Source of the DNA: Alphaproteobacteria bacterium
GTDB lineage: Bacteria; Pseudomonadota; Alphaproteobacteria; SHVW01
DNA: 64,000 nt
Assembly (NCBI GenBank): GCA_016869645.1
Contig: VGDO01000003.1
Location: 14,875-78,874 of the forward strand
Reading direction: 5' to 3'
Part shown: positions 21,443 to 30,175 of the stretch, piece by piece
Numbering within the stretch: position 1 is the first letter of the stretch
Layout of the letters: each line of letters starts with the position of its first letter
The notes under the pieces: generated by a model
Databases searched by the model: none
What the model was told of the DNA's origin: nothing
Seen by the model: the letters and a program-made list of their open reading frames with translations, nothing else
Translations under genes and position numbers: made by a program

Positions 21443-21831
21443 TGGTCATCGACACGTCGGCAATCGTCGCCATTCTCTTCGACGAACCGGAGCGACGAAG
21501 GTTCAACGAGCTCATCGAGGAGGACTCGCATCGTTACCTATCGGCGGCGATGCTGGTGGAGGCGAGCCTCGTTCTCGAAATGAAGCACGGCGACCTTGGC
21601 GCACAAATGCTCGACGTATTCGTTCGTCAGGCGGGTTTCGAGATTGTGCCGTTCGATCGGGATCAGACGAATCTCGCGCGCGAGGCATTTCGTCGGTTTG
21701 GGAAGGGCCGGCATCAGGCGCGGCTCAGTTTCGGCGATTGCTGCGCCTATGCGCTGTCCGCTTTCCCGGGCGAGCCGCTGCTCTTCAAGGGTCAGGATTT
21801 TGCCCATACTGACGTGCTCCCCAAAGTGTGA
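21442..21831 (+). CDS. vapC: Type II TA toxin VapC (PIN-domain ribonuclease)
   Basis: VIDTSA, VEA, FGKGRH, SFGDC and LLFKGQDF; PIN acidic residues retained. Confidence 0.9.
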   Translation: MVIDTSAIVAILFDEPERRRFNELIEEDSHRYLSAAMLVEASLVLEMKHGDLGAQMLDVFVRQAGFEIVPFDRDQTNLAREAFRRFGKGRHQARLSFGDCCAYALSAFPGEPLLFKGQDFAHTDVLPKV

Positions 21832-21855
21832 TGCCGCCGCGAATCCTGCTGGAGA

Positions 21856-22917
21856 TTGACAAGCTCCTTGCGCGTCGACCTCTTTGACTTCGATCTACCG
21901 CGTGAGCTGATTGCCGACCGGCCAGCCGAGCCGCGCGACGCGGCGCGGCTGCTCGTCGTCGGAGAGAAGCTCGCGGATCGCATGGTGGCCGAGCTGGCCG
22001 GCGTGCTGCGCCCTGGCGATCTGCTCGTCGTCAACGACACGCGAGTCATTCCCGCGCGGCTGACCGGTAAGCGCGGCAATGCCGGCATCGAGGCCACGCT
22101 GCACAAGCGCCGGGACGACCAGACTTGGGATGCCTTCGTGCGGCCGGCCAAACGGCTGCGGCCGGGCGATAACATTCGATTTGCAGGCGATCTCCGCGCC
22201 GAGGTTATCGGCAAGGGCGAAGCCGGTGAGGTGACGTTGCGCTTCGATCGCGCCGGCGCCGATCTTCTCGCCGCACTCGAGCGACATGGCGCCATGCCCT
22301 TGCCGCCCTATATCAGACGCGCGTCCGGTCCGGACCCGCGCGACCGCACCGACTATCAGACCGTCTTTGCCGAGAGGCCCGGCGCCGTTGCGGCACCGAC
22401 CGCGGGACTGCATTTCACGCCGGCTTTGCTTCAGGCATTGGAAACCGCGGGCATCGGCCGCGTCAGCGTCACGCTCCATGTCGGCGCCGGCACCTTCCTG
22501 CCGGTCAAGGCCGACGACACGCGCGACCATCGGATGCATGCGGAATGGGGCCTGCTCTCGGCCGAAACTGCGTCGGCGATCAATGCCGCACGCGCCAAGG
22601 GCGGGCGCATCGTCGCGGTCGGCACGACCGCGCTGCGCCTGCTCGAGACGGTGAGCGATCCCGCGGGCCGTATTGCGCCTTTCTCCGGCGAAACCGACAT
22701 CTTCATCACGCCGGGCTACCGTTTTCGAGCGGTCGACCTGCTGCTCACCAACTTCCACCTGCCACGCTCGACCCTGTTCATGCTGGTCGCGGCGTTTTCC
22801 GGCTTGCGCCGGATGCGGGCCGCCTATGACCATGCGATCCGCGCAGGCTACCGTTTCTACTCCTACGGCGATGCCTGCCTGCTTCATCCTCACGCGGAGC
22901 CACCGCCGCAACCATGA
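21856..22917 (+). CDS. queA: S-adenosylmethionine:tRNA ribosyltransferase-isomerase
   Basis: [43 protein letters not shown] and YRFYSYGDA motifs. Confidence 0.97.
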   Translation: MTSSLRVDLFDFDLPRELIADRPAEPRDAARLLVVGEKLADRMVAELAGVLRPGDLLVVNDTRVIPARLTGKRGNAGIEATLHKRRDDQTWDAFVRPAKRLRPGDNIRFAGDLRAEVIGKGEAGEVTLRFDRAGADLLAALERHGAMPLPPYIRRASGPDPRDRTDYQTVFAERPGAVAAPTAGLHFTPALLQALETAGIGRVSVTLHVGAGTFLPVKADDTRDHRMHAEWGLLSAETASAINAARAKGGRIVAVGTTALRLLETVSDPAGRIAPFSGETDIFITPGYRFRAVDLLLTNFHLPRSTLFMLVAAFSGLRRMRAAYDHAIRAGYRFYSYGDACLLHPHAEPPPQP

Positions 22918-24035
22918 CCTCGGGCCTGGCCTTCACGATTGACACCATCGACGGCGCGGCGCGGCTGGGCCGGCTCGACACCGCCCATGGTTCGGTGCGC
23001 ACGCCGGCCTTCATGCCGGTCGGTACGGCCGCGACCGTCAAGGCCATGACGCCGGAATCGGTGCGTGCGACCGGCGCGGACATCATCCTCGGCAACACCT
23101 ACCACCTCATGCTGCGGCCGACGGCGGAGCGCATCGAACGCCTGGGCGGGCTGCACAAATTCATGAACTGGCCGGGCCCCATCCTGACCGACTCCGGCGG
23201 CTTCCAGGTCATGTCGCTCGCCAAGCTGCGTCGCATCGAGGAGACCGGCGTCACCTTCCAGTCCCATCTCGACGGTGCGACCATCAAGCTGACGCCCGAG
23301 CGTTCGATCGATATCCAGCGCATGCTCGGCGCCGACATCACCATGGCGTTCGACGAGTGCACGCCCTACCCGTCAAGCGAGGAGGACGCCGCCACGTCGA
23401 TGCGGCTTTCCATGCGCTGGGCCGCGCGCTCGAAGGCGGCTTTCGACGCGCGCGCAGGCCACGGATTGTTCGGCATCGTGCAGGGAAGCGTCTACCCTGG
23501 GCTTCGCGCGGAATCGGCCGCGGCACTGACCGATCTCGGCTTTGACGGGTATGCGATCGGCGGATTGGCCGTCGGCGAGGGTCAGGAGCAGATGTTCCAG
23601 GTCCTCGACGCGATCGTGCCGAGGCTGCCCGCCGGCCGACCGCGCTATCTGATGGGGGTCGGCAAGCCCGACGACATTGTCGGTGCCGTGCTGCGCGGCG
23701 TCGACATGTTCGACTGCGTGCTGCCGACACGCTCCGGGCGCACCGCCCAGGCGTTCACGCGCACGGGCACCATCAATCTGCGCAATGCGCGTCATGCCGA
23801 CGATCCGGAGCCGCTCGACCCGGCGTGCCGATGCCCGGCCTGCACGCAGTACAGCCGCGCCTACCTGCACCACCTCGCCAAGGCCGAGGAAATACTCGGC
23901 CCCATGCTGCTGACCTGGCACAACCTCACCTACTACCAGGACCTGATGGCCGAACTGCGCGCCGCAATTTCGGCCCGAGGCGTGTCGGCCTTTGCCGCCG
24001 CCTTCGCGGCACGCGGCGGCGAGGATGGCGGCTGA
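22914..24035 (+). CDS. tgt: tRNA-guanine(34) transglycosylase
   Basis: [39 protein letters not shown] and Zn-binding CRCPAC...H. Confidence 0.97.
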   Translation: MTSGLAFTIDTIDGAARLGRLDTAHGSVRTPAFMPVGTAATVKAMTPESVRATGADIILGNTYHLMLRPTAERIERLGGLHKFMNWPGPILTDSGGFQVMSLAKLRRIEETGVTFQSHLDGATIKLTPERSIDIQRMLGADITMAFDECTPYPSSEEDAATSMRLSMRWAARSKAAFDARAGHGLFGIVQGSVYPGLRAESAAALTDLGFDGYAIGGLAVGEGQEQMFQVLDAIVPRLPAGRPRYLMGVGKPDDIVGAVLRGVDMFDCVLPTRSGRTAQAFTRTGTINLRNARHADDPEPLDPACRCPACTQYSRAYLHHLAKAEEILGPMLLTWHNLTYYQDLMAELRAAISARGVSAFAAAFAARGGEDGG

Positions 24036-24192
24036 CGCGACCCCTGCTACGCGCCGGGAAAAGGCGACTCCGGCTTTTGGCTGCGTTCCGCCTGGCGACC
24101 GTGATAGATTGGTATGCCGATATCCGGCCCCTCGCCCGCAGCCAAGGTCGCGCCGGGCGGGATTTCAGCGACCTGGGTCCAGACGCCGAAGA

Positions 24193-25431
24193 ATGTCGTC
24201 GCCCGTCACCAGCCGCCCCGGCAAGGGCCCGAGCCAGGAATACCTTCTGCTCGACTATCTGAACCGCCTGTCGGGCAACTGCGAGGCGCGGATCGGCATT
24301 CACGTGCATTTGTCGCGGCTGAAGCCGCACAACCGCAAAGAACACCACACGCGCGTCGCGGCGGCCACCTTCGACTCGCTGATCCAGGCCTATGAAGGCC
24401 AGACCTTCGTGCTGAGCAACTCGGACATCGTGCTGACCTGCAAGGGCGCGCCCCCGGCGGAGATCGACACGACGATCGCCAAGGTGCGCTTCCTGTTCAG
24501 CGACGATCCACTGGGCCAGGGCGACAGCGAAGATGACATCGCGCGCTTCTGCACGCGCTTCAATCTCGAGACCAATTACGAAGAGATGGTCAAGTCGGTG
24601 CAATCCATGCACCGCGACCGCGAGCGCCGTCTGCGCCAGGACGCCACCCTCGGCCGCACCGACCTCGGCATCAAGAAGGGCGGGCGCAAGCCGATCGATC
24701 CCGATCAGCTCGACCGCCTCGAGACCTTCCTGGCGCGCGCCGACCTGTCGAACCTGATGCGCCGCCAGTCGATCGTCGCCGTGCCTCTCAACGGCTATCC
24801 GCAGAGCGTGTTCCAGGAACTCTACATCTCCATCCCCGATCTTCAGCAGACAGTGACCCCCGACGTCGACCTGTTCGCCAATCCGTGGTTGTTCCAGCGC
24901 CTGACCCGTGTGCTCGACAACCGCATGCTGGCCATGCTGATGCGCAATGACGACAGCACGATCGCCAGCTCGTTCAGCATCAACCTCAACGTGCTGACCG
25001 TGCTGACGCCGGCTTTCCTGCGCTTCGATTCGAGCCTCAAGGCGCTCGCCCGGGGCACGATGGCGGTCGAGCTGCAGATGATCGACGTCTTTTCGGACCT
25101 GACGGCATTCTTCTTCGTGCGGGACTTTCTCCGGGAGCGCGGCTACCGCGTCTGTCTCGACGGACTCACGCACCACACGCTCCCCTTCGTCGACCGCGAG
25201 CGCCTCGGCTTCGATCTGCTCAAGATGATCTGGGCGGCCGAGATGGCCGACGACCTCTCGGGCAAGCGCCAGGAGGAGATCAAGTCGCAGATCAACCGAG
25301 CAAGCCGCGCGCGCATCATCCTGTGTCGCTGCGACTCCGAGGAAGCGATTCACTTCGGCCAAAGCGTCGGCCTCAGCATGTTTCAGGGCCGCTACGTCGA
25401 AAAGATGATGAGCAAGGACCGCGTGGTCTAG
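24193..25431 (+). CDS. Hypothetical protein with a degenerate EAL-like domain and a possible degenerate GGDEF-like N-terminus
   Basis: EAL-fold landmarks in order: [26 protein letters not shown] and FQG. Lacks DDFGTG and EGVE. Confidence 0.65.
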   Translation: MSSPVTSRPGKGPSQEYLLLDYLNRLSGNCEARIGIHVHLSRLKPHNRKEHHTRVAAATFDSLIQAYEGQTFVLSNSDIVLTCKGAPPAEIDTTIAKVRFLFSDDPLGQGDSEDDIARFCTRFNLETNYEEMVKSVQSMHRDRERRLRQDATLGRTDLGIKKGGRKPIDPDQLDRLETFLARADLSNLMRRQSIVAVPLNGYPQSVFQELYISIPDLQQTVTPDVDLFANPWLFQRLTRVLDNRMLAMLMRNDDSTIASSFSINLNVLTVLTPAFLRFDSSLKALARGTMAVELQMIDVFSDLTAFFFVRDFLRERGYRVCLDGLTHHTLPFVDRERLGFDLLKMIWAAEMADDLSGKRQEEIKSQINRASRARIILCRCDSEEAIHFGQSVGLSMFQGRYVEKMMSKDRVV

Positions 25432-25457
25432 CTGGGACCGCCGGAGCGATTTCGATC

Positions 25458-25922
25458 ATGGCTGACAAGCCCTATCAGAATCTGACTCAGCTCGGGTCGT
25501 CGGCGCGCTTGCCGGAATCGCCCGACGCCGCACGCATCGAAACCGTGCCCAACCCGCAGCCGGGCACGCTCTACCTCGTGCGCTTCACGGCGCCCGAGTT
25601 CACTTGCCTGTGCCCGGTCACGGGCCAGCCCGACTTCGCGCATTTCGTCATCGACTACGTGCCCGATCGCGCCATCGTCGAGAGCAAGTCGCTCAAGCTC
25701 TACCTTGGCTCGTACCGCAACCAGGCTGCCTTCCACGAGGCGTGCACGCTCGACATCGCCAAGCGCCTCGTCGACGCGCTCAAGCCGCAATGGCTGCGCA
25801 TGGGCGGCTACTGGTACCCGCGCGGCGGCATGCCGATCGATGTCTTCTACCAGACCGGTCCGGCCCCAGGCGATTTGTGGCTGCCCGATCAGGGCGTCGC
25901 ACCCTACCGGGGTCGCGGCTGA
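25458..25922 (+). CDS. queF: NADPH-dependent 7-cyano-7-deazaguanine (preQ0) reductase, type I
   Basis: [28 protein letters not shown] and PRGG motifs. Confidence 0.96.
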   Translation: MADKPYQNLTQLGSSARLPESPDAARIETVPNPQPGTLYLVRFTAPEFTCLCPVTGQPDFAHFVIDYVPDRAIVESKSLKLYLGSYRNQAAFHEACTLDIAKRLVDALKPQWLRMGGYWYPRGGMPIDVFYQTGPAPGDLWLPDQGVAPYRGRG

Positions 25923-25929
25923 AGCCGCC

Positions 25930-27063
25930 GTGAGCGGCACCAACCAGGCGATCCGCGATCAGGCGTTGGCGCTCGGCTTCGACGCCGTCGGTTTCGCACC
26001 GGCGACTCTCGACCCGTCGGCCAAGGCGCGTTTTCGCGCGTTTCTCGCGGCAGGCAAGCATGGCGACATGGGCTGGCTCGCCGACAAGGCCGACCGGCGC
26101 GACGCGCCCAATGCGCTGTGGCCCGCGGCGCGCTCGGTCGTCGTGGTCGGCCAGAACTATGGCGCCGCCGACGATCCGCTCGCCACGCTGAGCGAGCGAG
26201 GCCGGGCAACGTTGTCGGTCTACGCACGCCGGCGCGACTACCACGACGTCATGAAGCGCCGCCTCAAGGCGCTCGGTCGCTGGATGCACGAGCGCTATCG
26301 CTGCGAGGTCAAGGTGTTCGTCGACACCGCACCCGTGCTCGAGAAGCCGCTCGCCGCGCGCACCGCTCTCGGCTGGCAGGGCAAGCACACCAATCTCGTC
26401 TCGCGCGAGTTCGGCTCATGGCTCTTTCTCGGCGAGGTCTACACCACGCTCGACATACCGGCGGACTTGCCGGCGCTCGACACCTGCGGCACCTGCCAGC
26501 GCTGCCTCGACGTCTGCCCGACCGCGGCATTCCCCGCGCCTTACCAGCTCGACGCGACGCGCTGCATCTCGTACTTGACGATCGAGCACAAGGGCCACAT
26601 CGCCCGCGAGTTCCGCCGGCCGATGGGCAACCGCATCTATGGCTGCGACGACTGCCTCGCGGTCTGTCCGTGGAACCGCTTCGCCCGGGTATCCCAGGAC
26701 AGCGCGCTGGCCCTCCGCCCCGAGCTCGCCGCGCCGCCGCTCGACCGATTGGCGCGGCTCGACGACGCAGCGTTTCGCACGCTGTTTGCCGGCACGCCGA
26801 TCAAACGGCTTGGTCGCGATCGCTTCCTGCGCAACGTGCTGATCGCGATCGGCAACAGCGGCGATGGGGCGCTTGCAGCCGTCGCGCGGGAACGGCTGGA
26901 AGATGGCTCGCCTCTGGTGCGCGCCATGGCGGTTTGGGCGCTGGCGGAGCTCGTAAACCGCCAGGATTTCGCCGCCCTGCGCGCGCGTCACCTGCCGGGG
27001 GAAGGCGATCCGGATGTGCAGGCGGAATGGCGCGCCGCTCAGCCTGACGATGCCGTCGCCTGA
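25930..27063 (+). CDS. queG: Epoxyqueuosine reductase
   Basis: HGDMGW, SVYA..RDYH, VDTAPVLEK, GWQGKH, CGTCQRCLDVCP and YGCDDC..VCPWN. GTG start inferred. Confidence 0.96.
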   Translation: MSGTNQAIRDQALALGFDAVGFAPATLDPSAKARFRAFLAAGKHGDMGWLADKADRRDAPNALWPAARSVVVVGQNYGAADDPLATLSERGRATLSVYARRRDYHDVMKRRLKALGRWMHERYRCEVKVFVDTAPVLEKPLAARTALGWQGKHTNLVSREFGSWLFLGEVYTTLDIPADLPALDTCGTCQRCLDVCPTAAFPAPYQLDATRCISYLTIEHKGHIAREFRRPMGNRIYGCDDCLAVCPWNRFARVSQDSALALRPELAAPPLDRLARLDDAAFRTLFAGTPIKRLGRDRFLRNVLIAIGNSGDGALAAVARERLEDGSPLVRAMAVWALAELVNRQDFAALRARHLPGEGDPDVQAEWRAAQPDDAVA

Positions 27064-28775
27064 GCTCCCTGTCGATCGCACCAGCGCCGCCACAGACGCC
27101 GATAAGCCTGCTCGAGATCACGCGCGCCGCCCACCGCGTCGCACAGCCGCGATGCGGCCAGGCGTTCGCGCAGCGTGGTTCGCAGCCCGGCCCGAAGGTC
27201 GGCATCCTCGGCGATGGCCGCCGCCTTCGCCACGTAGTCCGCTTCGCTCACGGCGATGCCCTCGGTCAGGCCGGCGGCTCTCAGCATGGCCGCGCCATAG
27301 CGTCCCAGCACGCGATTGCCCTCGAGCGTCACGACCGGGACCCCCATCCACATCGCATCGCCGGTCGTGGTCACGCCGCCATAGGGAACAGAGTCGAGGG
27401 CCACGTCGATCTCGTGGTAGACGGTGAGATGTTCGGTCAGATCTGGCGTCCAGCCACGCAGGTCGAGGCGCTCGGTGGGAATGCCCGCTTGCTTGGCGCG
27501 GGCGATCAGCGCGGCGCGGCTCGAGGCATCGCCGAGCGCCCGGCCCTTGATCAGCAGGCGCGATCCCGGAACCGCGGCCAGCACACCGGCCCACAGGCGC
27601 AGGGCGTGCGAACCCACTTTCGACAGATTGTTGGTGCTGCCGAAGACGATCGGTCCGAAGCGTGGCTCGGCGCGCGCCGGCGGCGCCTCGATCAGCGGCC
27701 GCCAGCGATAGATCAGGGGCACGCGTTCGATCGGCTCGGAAAACTGCCGCTCCATCTCCGGCGGCAGGACCTGATCATCGGCGATCAGGCAGTCGACGAC
27801 ATCGGTGCCCAGACTCATCATCGGCGGCAGCATGGTCTGCACCGGCGCCGGACGGCGCGCCAGCGCGCATAACCGCGAACCTTCGACGAACCCAACCGTG
27901 TCCACCAGGACATCGATGCCATCGGCGCGGATGGCGCGCGCCAGGGCCTCGTCGTCGAGTTGTCCGGTACGGCGCCAAGTCGAGCAGGCGCGGTAGCCGG
28001 CCGTGATCGGATCTTCCTGCGCTTCCGGCAGATCGGAATAGCAGAAGAGGTCGACCTCGGCGCGGTCGTGGCCTTCCAGCAGCGCCAGGAACATGGTCGA
28101 TTGCGTGTGGAAGCCGAACAGCGTTCCGCCGACATAGCCGACGCGCAAGCGCCGCTCGGGATCGGGCTGGTTGGCGTGGCGGGGCGCGGACGGCTTGAGC
28201 GGCGCCGCGTAGAGTGCGCTCCATCGCGTGGCTGCCGCAACCTGCTGCATTCCGTCGCCCGGCACCAGATTGTAGGTGAGGAGGAGGTTGCGCCAGTAGC
28301 GCAGGGTGTCGGGCCGAAATGCCACCGCGGCGGCGAAGTGGGGCAGTGCTGCGTCGGCGTCTCCGGCTGCCAGATGGTTGCCGCCCATGTCGTTGTGTGC
28401 GGCGACATCATCCGGCCGGACGGCGAGCGCGCGCGCGAAGTCGGCGGCCGCCACGCCATACTGTCCGGCGTCCAGCCGGCAGTAGCCGCGAAGGATGGCG
28501 GCCTCGGCGTGGTCCGACTTGCCGCGCAGCGCGCGGCTGAACCATTCGATCGCTGTCGACTTATCCTGACGCTCCAGTGCGATCACGCCCATGAGATGGC
28601 AGGCGTTGACCTCGCCCGGAATCCGCTTCAACAATTCGCGATAGACGGCTTCCGCCTCGGCGCTGCGACCGGCACGCTGGTGCATGACGCCGAGATCGAG
28701 CAGCTGGCCCGGCGTGAGTGCCGTCGCCGCCCGTTTCTGCTCGCGCTCCCGGCGCCGCCGCTCCTGACGGTTCAT
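27039..28775 (-). CDS. TPR-repeat O-GlcNAc-transferase-like glycosyltransferase (SPINDLY/GT41-like)
   Basis: N-terminal TPRs; RLRVGYV...H, IRADGID, RPAPVQ, NNLSK and DVALDSVPYGGVTTT..AMWMGVPVVTL. Confidence 0.85.
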   Translation of the reverse strand: MNRQERRRREREQKRAATALTPGQLLDLGVMHQRAGRSAEAEAVYRELLKRIPGEVNACHLMGVIALERQDKSTAIEWFSRALRGKSDHAEAAILRGYCRLDAGQYGVAAADFARALAVRPDDVAAHNDMGGNHLAAGDADAALPHFAAAVAFRPDTLRYWRNLLLTYNLVPGDGMQQVAAATRWSALYAAPLKPSAPRHANQPDPERRLRVGYVGGTLFGFHTQSTMFLALLEGHDRAEVDLFCYSDLPEAQEDPITAGYRACSTWRRTGQLDDEALARAIRADGIDVLVDTVGFVEGSRLCALARRPAPVQTMLPPMMSLGTDVVDCLIADDQVLPPEMERQFSEPIERVPLIYRWRPLIEAPPARAEPRFGPIVFGSTNNLSKVGSHALRLWAGVLAAVPGSRLLIKGRALGDASSRAALIARAKQAGIPTERLDLRGWTPDLTEHLTVYHEIDVALDSVPYGGVTTTGDAMWMGVPVVTLEGNRVLGRYGAAMLRAAGLTEGIAVSEADYVAKAAAIAEDADLRAGLRTTLRERLAASRLCDAVGGARDLEQAYRRLWRRWCDRQGAQATASSG

Positions 28776-28797
28776 CAGCGGTTCGGGATCAGCCGGC

Positions 28798-29991
28798 CTA
28801 TTCGGCCGCCTTGGCGTCGGCGCGGCCGGCGCCGGTCAGGTATTCGAGCGCAGCCGCGACACCGCCGCGCCGGTGCGGCACGCCGGCCAGGGCAAGACCC
28901 ATCTCGACGCCGGCCAAGGTTCCGATCAGCGTGAGATCGTTGAAGTCGCCGAGATGGCCGATGCGGAACACCTTGCCCGCGAGCTTGGTCAGCCCCTGCC
29001 CCAGCGACATGTCGAAGCGCTCGAGGATGACCTGCCGGAACGCATCCGCATTGTGCCCCGCGGGCATCAGCACGGCTGTCAGCGAATTGCTGTATTCGGC
29101 CGGATTGGCGCAGAGCAGCTCGAGGCCCCAGGCGCGCACGGCCTGGCGTGTCGCCTCACCATGCCGGGCATGCCGCGCAAACACCTGGTCGAGGCCCTCC
29201 TCCATGAGCATCGCGATCGCCTCTCTCAGGCCATAGAGCAGGTTCGTCGCCGGCGTGTAGGGAAAAAAGCCGTTCTTGTTGGCGGTCAACATGGGCTGCC
29301 AGTCCCAATAGGACCGGGCGAGCCGGGCCGACTTGGAAGCGGCCAACGCCTTCGCCGAAATGGCGTTGAAGCTGAGGCCCGGCGGCAGCATCAACCCCTT
29401 TTGCGAGCCGGCGACCGTGACGTCGACGCGCCACTCGTCGTGACGGTAGTCGATCGAAGCGAGCGACGAGATCGTGTCGACCATGTACAGCGCGGGGTGC
29501 CCCACCGCATCGATCGCCCGACGCACGGTGTCGACGGCGGTCGTCACCCCGGTCGAAGTCTCGTTGTGCACGACGCAGACCGCCTTGATCTCGCGTTGCT
29601 TGTCGTCGGCCAACCGCGCCGCGATCGCTTCCGGGTCGGCGCCCCGCCGCCAGTCGCCGGCAATCATGTCGACGTCGAGCCCGAGCCGTCCGGCCAGCTC
29701 GCGCCACAGCGAGGCGAAATGGCCGGTTTCGCACATGAGGACGCGATCACCCGGCGCCAGGGTATTGACCAGCGCGGCTTCCCACGCGCCGGTGCCCGAG
29801 GCGGGATAAATCACCACATCGCCTGCGGTCTTGAAGATCGGCTTCAGCCCCGCCAGCACGGCGCGGCCCAGTTCGGCGAATTCCGGTCCCCGGTGGTCAA
29901 TGGTCGGTCGGTCGATCGCTCGCAGGATCCGGTCCGGGACATTCGTTGGTCCGGGGATCTGCAGGAAATGGCGGCCGGCGCGATAGGCCAT
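28798..29991 (-). CDS. Class V PLP aminotransferase, serine/aspartate-glyoxylate aminotransferase-like
   Basis: GRHFLQIPGPTN, SGTGAWE, HNETSTG, GSQKG (PLP Lys), PYTP and FRIGHLG motifs. Confidence 0.92.
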   Translation of the reverse strand: MAYRAGRHFLQIPGPTNVPDRILRAIDRPTIDHRGPEFAELGRAVLAGLKPIFKTAGDVVIYPASGTGAWEAALVNTLAPGDRVLMCETGHFASLWRELAGRLGLDVDMIAGDWRRGADPEAIAARLADDKQREIKAVCVVHNETSTGVTTAVDTVRRAIDAVGHPALYMVDTISSLASIDYRHDEWRVDVTVAGSQKGLMLPPGLSFNAISAKALAASKSARLARSYWDWQPMLTANKNGFFPYTPATNLLYGLREAIAMLMEEGLDQVFARHARHGEATRQAVRAWGLELLCANPAEYSNSLTAVLMPAGHNADAFRQVILERFDMSLGQGLTKLAGKVFRIGHLGDFNDLTLIGTLAGVEMGLALAGVPHRRGGVAAALEYLTGAGRADAKAAE

Positions 29992-30040
29992 GGGGTCGAT
30001 CCTCCCGTCAGGTCGCGGGCTGGCCCGCGACGGCAGCTGG

Positions 30041-30160
30041 ATTATGCATGCAAAACTAGTCTCGGCAAGGGCCTCGAGTCAGTACGTCAAAAATAATCGT
30101 TTTTGCACAATAAGTTAATTTCAAGGGCGATTTGACCTTTTGCATGCAATGTGTCACGTT
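30041..30160. promoter_or_regulatory. Divergent promoters, each carrying a TTTTGCATGCA operator-like site
   Basis: TGCATGCAAAA at 30045-30055 and TTTTGCATGCA at 30138-30148 are exact reverse complements. Minus strand TTGCCG-N16-CATAAT; plus strand TTGACC-N17-CACGTT. Confidence 0.65.
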
Positions 30161-30175
30161 CAGGGTCGAGTTGCC

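Noticed and set aside
21832-25457. preQ1 riboswitch or a 7-deazaguanine DNA-modification (dpd) system
   Set aside because: No recognisable preQ1 aptamer; tgt is the canonical tRNA-type enzyme with queA/queG, and no dpdA-like paralogue or dpd genes are present.
25930-28775. Idea that the GT next to queG glycosylates queuosine
   Set aside because: It is convergent rather than co-transcribed, and its TPR-GT41 architecture points to protein substrates; adjacency is the only support.
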